Positions 1-10,404 of a stretch of DNA of 64,000 nucleotides are shown here, in pieces. Source of the stretch: Orbicella franksi. Taxonomy: Eukaryota. Made by a program: the position numbers and the translations under genes. The notes under the pieces are model-generated. The model did not search any database and had not been told where the DNA came from. It saw only the letters and a list, made by a program, of their open reading frames with translations. Position 1 is the first letter of the stretch; each line of letters starts with the position of its first letter. The stretch is from positions 4,526,001-4,590,000 of the forward strand of contig OZ116701.1 of the NCBI GenBank assembly GCA_964199315.1, read 5' to 3'.

Positions 1-430
1 TTCCTTTTGATCAGTTATTGTAGGAGTTATCTTTTCTCAAGTAAGCCCTGGCATTCCCCAGCAGGTGGCAGATTTAATCAGGCGGTGTCAGGTTACAATA
101 CAGTTATAGGGTACATAAATATTTTTTTGGAGTTAACTCATAGCCACGAGAAAATGTTTGAAACACGGTGTGTTTTTAGGTTAAGTCCCACCTTAAGCGC
201 GCAGCTTTTTAGTGCTCGGTACTGTTTATATTCGTGGAAGACTTCTAATTTCTTGTTAATACTTGAGACATTTTTACTAAGAACTTAAGCTTTGTTATTG
301 TATTATACGTACAATTTTACAATTGCCGTCTACTCGGTTTTCAATTAGGCAGCTAAGTGACCGGTCTGCGGTAATAATACAGATATGCAAATACCGTGAA
401 GCACTGACATAGCCAGATAGTTTAAAATGA

Positions 431-485
431 AAAATAAAATAAAATAAAATAAAATAGAATAAAATAAAATAAAATAAAATAAAAT
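431..485. repeat. (AAAAT)n pentanucleotide microsatellite
   Basis: About 11 tandem AAAAT units with one AGAAT variant; it explains the FYFIL-repeat ORFs in the track. Confidence 0.95.
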
Positions 486-698
486 GATATTATTATCATT
501 ATTATTAATGGTCTGCTCATGCGTGCTACCGTCCAAATGTGTTTTGCTACGAATAATGTTCTGCTCATACGTAATTGTAACCACGTTCTTGTGTGAAAAA
601 TGGGAGATCGGTTCCCTGAGCTGTGAGAGAGTGATTTAAATATGAAGACAAACTTGATTTTCGAATGATAAAACAATCATTGAACTCAGTTATCGCAA

Positions 699-784
699 AA
701 TATCGTGATTTGTCAGTGTCTCGCTGATCAATTATTTGTCTCAGCCTTCGGCTGCTCGCCAATGGTAATTCAAATCATGATATT
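699..784. repeat. Degenerate palindromic interspersed repeat (MITE-like)
   Basis: AATATCGTGATTTG (699-712) pairs with CAAATCATGATATT (771-784); the interior resembles a hairpin repeat family I recall from coral genomes. Confidence 0.5.
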
Positions 785-842
785 TCGCTCATCCTCGTCC
801 AATAATTGTTAATTATTTGGTAAGAAATCCTGTTTATATTAA

Positions 843-1080
843 AGGAGCCCAGTCACGGTTTGCGCACATTGAAAAGTTTAGCCTCAATTTTTCAAATTCG
901 TCGTTTGTAATCCGTGTTTATCTTCTCCATCCTTAGCCATCCTTGTTCCTTTATGGTTTATCATTATCTCTTTGGTGTTTTTCTATCTTATTAAACTGTT
1001 ATTTTCAGGTTTCCTACCGTTTAAAGGTAATCAGTTTTGTACGTGACCAAAATAACTCAAAATACCGTGACAGAGCCCCT
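843..1080. mobile_element. Non-autonomous TIR element (MITE), Kolobok-like
   Basis: Left end AGGAGCCCAGTCACGGT matches the reverse complement of the right end (AGGGGCTCTGTCACGGT). TTAA lies on both sides (839-842, 1081-1084). A TTAA target with purine-purine termini is typical of Kolobok. Confidence 0.75.
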
Positions 1081-1867
1081 TTAAAATGAAGACGATTGAG
1101 ATGAAAGAACCAAAGTTTTTTTTGTATGATATATTCAATTTATTTTAATTTTAACATCCTATCTCTAACCAAACCGAGTAAATTTGTAATCAGCACTTTT
1201 ATGCGATACTGTTTTGAACTTAAACCTTAGTTTGTGAAGATTCAAATGAAAGCTAGTCTGAAGTTCTTTTCTGGTTTATTATGTGATTGTACAAGGCGGC
1301 AGTTCTTATTTTTGACCGTGGGCGGGAAACTTGTTAGTGACCTTTCAAATGGAAAATGTTACTTTTTAGTGATACTGTTTTTATGTGAGCGAACTAGCAA
1401 GTTTTAACCCGTAAGAAGACCATTTATGTTAGAGCTATCAAGCAGTCACGTTATTCGTCCGATAATTTGCAAAACGGGTTCTTTCTTTTGTGCAATGTGG
1501 CGCCCTTTGGCGGAGAGATTTCGCTTGTAGTCAGTGCAAGCTTACAACGCAACTGCTCTACAACAGCAGTAGTTTGGACCACATTTGGACACAGTGCAGG
1601 AGTGGTGACGAAACACAGCCAAGCCTAGTTTGTGAGAATCTGTATATTCATCATAATTATCTGCCAGGGCAGGTTGCCTTTTATACACATGTAATGACTC
1701 AGTACAATCCCATGTTAGGTTTCGTATTTCCTTTGGTCCTTGCTGCCGTAATCTTTTCTCTGTACAGATGTGCTTGCAGTCTGGTTTCTCGCCACAGGTC
1801 CTAAAAGAAGACAAGACTTAGGTAACGATTATAAAACAGTCTGGTCATAAGAAAGGGCGTGTATGGG

Positions 1868-2335
1868 AGGGAGTTTACGTAGCCACGACGGCAACGCCGA
1901 GGACAACGTCGGCTTATCACTGTCAAAACTATTATAAAACTAAATCTGGAACACAGCGATAAATTTGAAATAGAAATTTACAAACTGATTAGCCGTCGTG
2001 TTTCACGTTCTCCAGACAACATAGAATTTGATCATTTCACGTTGTTGTTTTGCAGAGGACGGCAAAAAAATGCACTGAGAATAGACCAATTTCGATATAT
2101 TAAAATTCAGCCTGAAACAATAAAGCCCAGTACGAGGCTCTGGTGAATAACTACAGAGAGTTTGTGGGGTTTATTTCCCAGAGCCTCGTGCTGAGGTCTA
2201 TTGTGTTAGGCTGAATTTTAATATATCGAAATTGGCCTATTATCGCGCTCTTGTACAGCCAATGTCCTGTTCATTAAATCTTTTGTTCAGCGACGTTCCC
2301 GTTGCCGTTGCCGTCGTGGTTTTCTTAAACTCCCT
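1868..2335. mobile_element. MITE with AGGGAGTTT...AAACTCCCT termini (host of a nested insertion)
   Basis: Imperfect TIRs of about 40 bp: AGGGAGTTTACGTAGCCACGACGGCAACG versus CGTTGCCGTCGTGGTTTTCTTAAACTCCCT. Confidence 0.8.
2083..2238. mobile_element. Palindromic MITE nested inside the 1868-2335 element
   Basis: AGACCAATTTCGATATATTAAAATTCAGCCT pairs almost perfectly with AGGCTGAATTTTAATATATCGAAATTGGCCT; an internal IR CACGAGGCTCTGG/TACGAGGCTCTGG is also present; AT flanks both sides. Confidence 0.85.
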
Positions 2336-2693
2336 AATATATCTTAGAACGCGGTTGTTCCGTCGAAAACAAATGCAACGGACAGGAAACTTTACCCAGT
2401 CACTTGCCCATAAATAACCCCTTCAAATTTCTTGACCTTACTTTTTATTTAGGAATAACTATGCATCAAATTTCCCTACCAGTCGTGTCGTCGTCAGTCC
2501 TGTTTTATAACTTATTAGAACATTAGTTACCTTCTGACTGCGTATATAAGGCCTGGTCCGTTGCTGGGAATGGCTGCACACGTTGCCATGGCAATTTCAT
2601 CCAAGTAATTGTAAAAGTATGAGCGGAATCCTCTTCGCACACGGACGTGATCTGGGGAGAGAAAATGTCAGAACCTCTCGGAGTTGGTATTTA

Positions 2694-3197
2694 CACCCGC
2701 TTTCAGTGTTACCTGTATAGGCGACATCTTTCGACCATCTTTCGTCATGCCATCTTTCGACATGCTATGAAAGACCGTTAAACTGTGAAACTGGCAGTTT
2801 TTCCGGTTATTAGCGGAGGAAATGACAAGTAAATGATAATTACCTTCCTCAAATGGCTGAAGAAGATTTTGGACTTTGCATGCTTCCCTATTTACGGGAT
2901 AATTCAAGCGATTTAGTGTAGTCGATCGGTTCTCAATAGTGACTTCCGGTAGAATTGGGCCGCTGCCGCTTTTAATATTCGCAACGTGTGGACATTCAAA
3001 ACAGTCGACTTATTTCTGCCAGAATGACTTCTTGATACTCCTAACCTTAATTTGATGTCAAATAAATCAATCTTTTATCATTCATTTCGTAGAGAAGTCC
3101 GTTGTGCTTACATTTTTAACTAGGCCAGGTTACATAGCAGGTCGAAAGATGGCATGTCGAAAGATGTCGCCTATGCACGTAACACTGAAAGCGGGTG
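2694..3197. mobile_element. Non-autonomous TIR element with TA flanks (Tc1/mariner-type MITE)
   Basis: CACCCGCTTTCAGTGTTAC...ATAGGCGACATCTTTCGA pairs with TCGAAAGATGTCGCCTAT...GTAACACTGAAAGCGGGTG; TA at 2692-2693 and 3198-3199. Confidence 0.8.
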
Positions 3198-4867
3198 TAA
3201 ACTTGTCCCGTCCAAATTATGGACACTTTTCTCCGCTGGGATTACATTTCCCATTCGACATTCCATAGTGATCCGACAACATCTCATTATTCCTTGCATG
3301 ATCGACATATTTTCAGAAATAAAAGAGAAATGAACTATGGAAAAATACTGTGGCAATGTACCTATCGTTCTTTGCGGCTTGACAAATCTTTGGAGATTGG
3401 AGCAAGGAAAATGAGACAGAGGGACTTCAAAATTTGAGCCGTACGCTCTAGTTTCTTCGTGCATTCTCCACAGAAGTTTAAAATAAAGGAAGAAAAACAG
3501 CTCCTCTTTTTTCATAATTTGGAAAGAAATACAGCATGAAACAAGCAAATAATAATGTCTCTGAAAATTCGACTACAACCGATATCCATAAACGGTTCTG
3601 ACAAAACTTGGACGCGGGGAAACAGGTCAATGCAACCGGTGTTGTTTTCATTTTGAACATGTGCCTTCGCATAGAAATTAAAGGGGACAATAGACACTGT
3701 TTGACATGCCCGTCAACGTAACAATCATTTTTTTTTTTTTAATATTTAACACATTTTGTGATCCATCCTACATTTCAAAGTCTCTTTATATTTGTGAGGA
3801 GAAATTTCACTTCTTGTAACAAATATAAACGAGGACGCTTTTGCCAAAACATTGTTTACAGCTTTGGCAAAAACTTTGAGATCAACACTTTTTATGACAT
3901 GATTTAGTAACAAATCTCGTGCAAATTTCCACGTTCAGGTTGTGAAAACAATCGCTGGAAATCACAGGCGTAGATTTTTCTTACCTTTATGATTATTTCT
4001 ACTCAGGGAGCCTGCCCTGAGAAAACTGATGTCACCAGCAAAGCCGACGAGCATAAAAATTATTTTGACAACAACCATGGCTCACAATTGAAGTAATCCG
4101 GCTTTTAAACGTTTCTTCCTATGAATCTTTCTCAATCGTTTGGGGAAATTGTAGATTTTGAAGGGTACAGACGATGATTTCACCGTCTGTTGTCACCCCG
4201 GAGTTGTCAGCTACTGCTAAATCAGCCGCCATTTTGCTGTCGAAAATAGCGGTCACATTATTTCCGGGAATTTTCTGTCGTGATCTGCTGACCCCGGGCA
4301 GCAGGTGGATTGACACTTCAACGTGCTGACTGAACAAGTCAACTAATCAAAGTGGTATTTCTCCTAACACAATCAACACATGATTCACAAGTAAGGCAAC
4401 GAGAATATTCAAAATCATCAGTTTAGGTAATCGCTTGATGCAAAATCAAATTCCCACAACTTATGTTAAAAGAAATTTGTCTAAATCAGTAGGAAGAATT
4501 GAACGATCGATCAGTTTTATTATTACTAAATGTGGGTTCTTTTATTGGGTGAGGAGCTGATCTTAGCCAAGTTCCCTCGATCTTCTCCTGGTTACTTGTT
4601 TAGTTTCACCGGATGCAACCGAACATGACTGAACAGCAATGTCTATTTTCTAGGGTTGTTGACGTACGAGTTTAGACCAGACCAGTGAAAGATGTCAAAT
4701 ATCAAGTGATAGTATGCGTGGTTTCCTGGCCTGTGATTGGGTGAAAAATCCTCTATATTAACAAGACGGTCGGATACATGTCAAAATTCAAAAAAGTTTC
4801 TTCAAGTGGCAACTGGCCGTTTTTACATGGGATAAAAAAAAAATCCACTCTGATTTCAACATGCTAT

Positions 4868-4979
4868 TAGCCTGCGAACAGGCTCCCGGCGAGGAAGGAA
4901 AAAAATTTCGGCGCGCGCGAAACAGAAGAATTCGGAGAGCAAAGCTATCGGGGCTCACCGGGAGCCTGTTCGCAGGCTA
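4868..4979. mobile_element. 112-bp MITE with 9-bp target-site duplication (Mutator-like)
   Basis: TIR TAGCCTGCGAACAGGCTCCCGG / CCGGGAGCCTGTTCGCAGGCTA; ACATGCTAT directly flanks both ends (4859-4867, 4980-4988). Confidence 0.85.
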
Positions 4980-6286
4980 ACATGCTATAGATTCCTGCGT
5001 GTGAGTCTGATGTGAACTCCGTGTAGCCCTCAATCAACGCTCAAGGATGAATTTGAAACAGGCCATTTGTTGAATCCATTTCAAAAACTGGTACCAGTAC
5101 AAAATTAGTTTAACTGTTTCCTGAACGATAAATAGACATTGATGACGAGCTTTACCCTCTGAAATAATTCTGTCCAGGAAGTCTTTTAATCTTGTACACG
5201 ACTTGTCATCGCATACCAGGAAACGTAACATGAAACGGGACCCAATTCGCGCTTTGTCACGCAGTTTTGACCAGTTTTGCCTTGGTAATCATGCTTGAGG
5301 CCTATCATGCGTTCGTCGCATCTTTATTTCGATATTGTCCGTGCAAAACCGCCAGAATAGCTCACTGCGAGGCTAAAAGAGATGGTTATGATTCCATGAG
5401 AGTTTTCTGCATGGAACCACTGCCAACACCGTCGCGTCCGGGGAAGCCGGTATGTATTGTGCTATAAGAATTATGACAATTATGGCGGAACCCGCGTGTA
5501 GAAATCTACTGTGGTAAGAAATACTAGGATGATAGCCGAGCAAGATTCAAATCAGTAATAACTAGATCATTAGAGTTAATTTTCACCTAACAAAATCAGG
5601 ATATACAGTCATGGAGCATGGCGCTTTCGATCGATGAACCCCAATGAACATGACTTTGAGTATAATCTATGTTTTTAGTTGAGGCACATTGTTATCTTGC
5701 AACGATGTCTAGAGAGGAGTTTGCCTTGCAACGTTTTCCTAGCTTTATAGAAAGTATAGACGATCGTGAATCGTAAAAGTCCCGTCTTGGAATAAGCGAG
5801 GTTGTTTTTGTGTCTCGGCGATCAATGTTCCTGTCGGAATAAATTATTTTTGGCGGGAAATACGAGGTTGCGAAAACCGCAGACATAACCATCAATCTTC
5901 CGATACACGATGCCATGGAACAAGGAGGAGACTGTAATGGTAAGTCTTAAATATGCTGTAATCAAACATCTTTCGTATTTGTGTAATTATCAACCCTAAA
6001 CCGGATCTAGAAGAGAGAGTTCTGTACGGTAGAGAACTGTTGTCATGTGTCGCAATCAAGCGAATTATCATTCGCTTTGCGCTAAGTACAGCTGAACATG
6101 TTCTGCTTTTACTTGGGTAGTCAGTTCTTTTTTGAACTGTTGTTATCTGTGGAGCAGAATATTAACTTCGCGCCCTAGTGTTATATGTTAACCTGAGACT
6201 TTAGGACATTTAATAAACATTATTACGGCCATTTTATGGAAGCTCGACAATAAATACAAAGCTGCGCGGCCCGCGTTAGAAAATTT

Positions 6287-6468
6287 TGTGTTCTTGGGCA
6301 AGACCGGCGACTTCAATGGGTACCGGCGAATTTAATGCCGGGGATAACCCTGCGATGGACTAGCAACCCATTTAGGGTGGGAGTAGAATACTCTAAGTCG
6401 CTCCATGCTACAAAAACCGGGATGAGCTCCGGCCTGATGGGCCACTTGTTCGTATGCAGACTTTACCT
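6287..6468 (+). mobile_element. 5'-truncated, internally deleted tRNA-derived SINE
   Basis: Body (GTACCGGCGAATTT...CCCTGCGATGGACTAGCA...AGCTCCGGCCTGATGGGCCAC) aligns by eye with the full copy at 50029-50368. Confidence 0.8.
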
Positions 6469-6732
6469 TGTACAAAACACCGTACAAATACTTGAAGGGG
6501 ATAAGCTAGGGCGACCGGACAAAAAGTTCGATAAAGCAATCATCTTTTTGAGGCCGAGCTTTGATTTTGTTAACTTCATTTTCATGAAGCTTTCCGGAGA
6601 AAACTACATCAGATTTTTCTGTTGTTTAGTTAACCGACAAGCAGGCGCAAAAGTTAAAACGGTCAGTAAAAACACAAATTTTCTGTCTTTCACGTCATTT
6701 TAAAACGTCAAACGAGTCCTGATACTAAGCCA

Positions 6733-6738
6733 TTTATT
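6733..6738 (-). promoter_or_regulatory. Candidate polyadenylation signal of the downstream DMRT gene
   Basis: AATAAA on the minus strand about 200 nt after the stop codon at 6941. Confidence 0.45.
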
Positions 6739-6940
6739 GGAAAATAGTTTATTTTCTGCCAAATAATCAAACTTATATCCCGGGAAATGATGATAGATGC
6801 GAATGCAGCCGTAACACTACTGGGAAACTTTTCCACCAGGACTCCTACTGGCACAAAGCAAAAGGCAAAAAAGAAATGGATTTAAAATATGATATACATG
6901 TAACGCTAAAAATACCTTTCAGTCTAAAAGTAATTATTGA

Positions 6941-9900
6941 TTATGTCTCTTTGAAACATTTTCCACACGAGCTACAAAAGTTGCTGGTTGGCGAACATTT
7001 CGTTGAACATTCCGAGCAAACCTTCCCAACAATATTTGTTTGTTCAGTGCCTGGAGCCACATTGTAAACATGCTCCTTTTCACTTGCTGTACAGTTTGGT
7101 CTTAGGCTACAGTTTTGTTGGTGCATGTACTCGACCATGGGGTAAGAGAAGCCTGGTGGCGAACCGTAGATAGGGTAGTGCCCAGACCTCATGGGGCCTT
7201 GATAAGGCGGTCGGGTTTGGCGAGCAATAAAGCCTGGATGCACGCCTGGGTTATAGTGCACTACAGGACTTTCAGGAGATTTCAGAGAAGCCATGGCCTT
7301 TTCGTGACTAGGTAGAACGCACTCTATAACTCTTAACACGTCCCCATGACAACCTTTTAAAATTAGTTCCAGTACACTTCGCTTCTGAGTTGGAAAGAGT
7401 CTGGTGAGGAGGTCTAGAGGATGCAGTCTTGCACGATAGCTGGCAATGTGATTTCCAGGACTCTTGAGTTGCTCGTCGGCGGTTTCATCAGCAGAAGCGC
7501 GGGAATCTTCTCTTTGCTTATCTTGATCGACCGGCTGTTGATATATCTGGCAGATGCTACCATTTGTTTCGCCATTTGTCTCGTCACTGTCATAAAACAC
7601 ACTATCATCTATGGCCTCGGGAGGGGAAGGATAAGATGATCCCACTTCTGAGAATTTGCGCTTTGATCCTACAATGATAAATACAAAGTTATAATGCAAT
7701 TGTTTACTAAATCATTGCAATCGAAATTAGTTTCTTTTCACAAAATCAAGTAATCAGTAAGGTGACGAGAATAAGGAAAATTATCAATTGGAGAATGTCG
7801 GGCTGATTGACGCAGGACTGAAAAATTAGAAACAGTTTGGGGTGGATCTCAACGGTTTCCAACATTTTTCAGTTCCCCCTCCTTTGTAGTATAGTGTGAA
7901 TATCTTCCGATCATTGACAAACTAAATATGGTCAATCTCGTGACTCAAAAAAGGTAACCATAACAACAGCAGAGCCCGTTTAACACCATTTGACTTTGCA
8001 TTAAGTGTTTATAACTCAAAAACAAAACCTTTGATCCCTGTTTTTTTCATGGAATTGTAGCACGCAATTTAAAAAAACAACCTTTTATCAAGTTTTTAAA
8101 AAAAATCATGGGAGGTGGTTCAAAAACCTCGAATAGCAGATTTGCACGATAGCGCAGGGGGCAGCCCCTGACGATACCGTCATTTGACTACAACTACCAG
8201 AATTCCTTTCGTTTTTTCTTTATTATTTAAATTTTGAATTCCCAGATGGGTTTAAATAACAATTGCCCTAATTAGCACGAGAAACAGAAAAACTGAAAGG
8301 ATTCCGGTATTATAGCCAAATGACGCCATCAAGCAAATCGCCTATCAATGTTTCTTTGCTGGAAAAGAACACTGAAAAACAAATAGATTCCATGTTGCCG
8401 GCGTCTGTTCAGTAATTGATCACAGAAGACGTCAAAATGTGGTATGAACATGAGTGACACACTTGGCTATCACCTCGTGTGCCACAACAACGTGGAATCT
8501 ATTTGTTTTATATAAGAAAGAAACAAAACAAACACTTAATGACGTCATGTATGCGTCTGTCCTCCAGTTGATCATGAGTAAGAGCAAGAGACGATGGACC
8601 AATCAAAATGCGAGAACTAATTTGACTTATTATATAAATAGTATTAACACTGTTAATACTGTTAAGTCTTTACAGAGCTGTTGATTTCTTTTTGAAAGAG
8701 TTGTGGTGATTGATGGCTTTCAAACGAACTTGTGAAAACTGTCAATCTAATTAAAATCGAATAGAGGGAGTAAGTTTCTAAAGGAACTGTGGTGCTGCTA
8801 ACTAAACTCGAGCTGTCTTGCCTTGTCTTCTGTTGAAACAGAAATTACTAAATGTTTGATCTATCAACGAAAATTGAGAAAATTTCCTTAACTGGGGTTG
8901 TGAGTCATAAAATGAAATAACTTTTTCATTCCAACAAAAACCGAAGATTGTTGAATATTGTATTGTATTCGGATAAGAGACTTCCTTGGTTGGGCATGTC
9001 TAGAAAACCAGCATAGCGAGTAGTGTACTACGATTATAGGAAGAGGCAAAACTCAGTATGGATCAACTCGATCGCGTATTTGCTCGCATCCCATTGGCTA
9101 AGATAAACAATGGTTGCTGTTCTTATCCAATAGGATGCAAATCAGCGAGTTTCTCCAGTCCGGTCGAGGTTTGTCCCGAAAGCGAATAAACGCGACCGCA
9201 AGCATTGCGAGAAGTGGCAAATAGTTCCCGATCAGCCTGAAAAGCACTTCGGTTAGCCTAAATGGCTCGCGGGCTGGCCTAAATAGTCCGCTATATAATG
9301 ATCATGAAGAGGGTAACATAAAGTTCTGTTTAGATTAGCCGCGACTGTTGGACACTATTCCCTGTTCGGCTGGCATGATTACAGCTATCAAAAAGCTCTT
9401 AAGGAAATGTAGGAAGAGATAAAAACGTTTGCTGAGCCGAAGCAAAAGGATAAGCGACTCTAAATCGGTCTGCAATAGCGCAGCCTGATGTAACAAGAAT
9501 TTCCAACCAAACACTCCAAAAAAACTGACAGCTAACCACAATGGATACAAATGTTGTTAGTAACTGTATAGATTTACATTTAGGAAAGTAAACACTTTTT
9601 AGAATGCCGCAGATTTTTTGTTTGCTAATCGAGAACACCTTTCAAACGCAAGTTCAATAGCGTGTTTTCCCAGCGCTTTCAGTCAGTGTCCGTTTGAGTC
9701 TAGCTTAAGACTTCTTAGACTTCCACACTTTTCTTCTTGAGAGCTAAAACAACGCTGTTATGAGAACTAAAAAAGATACGCTTTGAATATACACTTGGTA
9801 GATTGTGAAGATGCGAATCAAAGAAAAAGAACTCTGCAATCATTTAGTAAATATTGCTTTCCAATTTCTTTACAAATTGTTCCCATCCCAAACTGATCCG

Positions 9901-10404
9901 AGAGTAGCCGAGCTACCCTATACCCCATTTATAAAAGCAAGCGAAAAGTCGCCATGTTAGCTGAATTTTTTTAAGGAACTATTTAATTTTCTCACCTTGG
10001 CCTGATGAAAGTGAAGCGTGTTTGGCCCTTGCTTCAACCATGATATCCAGCTTATCTGGAGTCGTGTTGTTATTGTTTGTATCAACTTGTAACGTTGCCG
10101 GACAAATAATGTTTGAAAGTGACTCACTCGAAGGATGCGGTGACCTGTAAACAACACAAGCGGGTTCAACGCTAACATCATCTACAAACTGGCTTCTCGG
10201 CGGTTCGTCGTCATCTTCTCGCTTGAGCGCTATTTGCGCCGCCATAAGCCGCTGCCGTTCGATGATCAAGCTGCATTTTGAACATGAACAGTCTTTCCAC
10301 GGACACTCGTTCTTGTGTCCTTTCAATTTCTGCGTTATACCGTGATTCCGGCATCTCGCACAGCGCGGTCTCGGTTGAGAGCGACCGGTATTTTCATCGG
10401 ACAT
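6941..10404 (-). CDS. DMRT: DMRT-family transcription factor (DM + DMA domains) with C-terminal zinc ribbon; 2 exons, 378 aa
   Basis: Exon 1 10404-9996 (ATG in AACCATG context; DM domain CARCRNHG...GHK..C.W.DC.C.KC...ERQR.MAAQ; donor G|GTGAG). Exon 2 7668-6941 (acceptor TTATCATTGTAG|GA; DMA domain [34 protein letters not shown] at about 7423-7304). The phase-1 junction is in frame; total 1137 nt. Confidence 0.93.

Noticed and set aside
345-676. Track ORFs with FYFIL repeats
   Set aside because: They are translations of the (AAAAT)n microsatellite.
5267-5467. Plus-strand ORF with an internal CCG|GTATGT donor
   Set aside because: There is no recognisable motif and no downstream partner exon, so support is too weak.
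7669-7699. ORF-track start [10 protein letters not shown] for the DMA exon
   Set aside because: This is intronic sequence upstream of the acceptor at 7670-7669; the phase-1 splice from the DM exon explains the frame.
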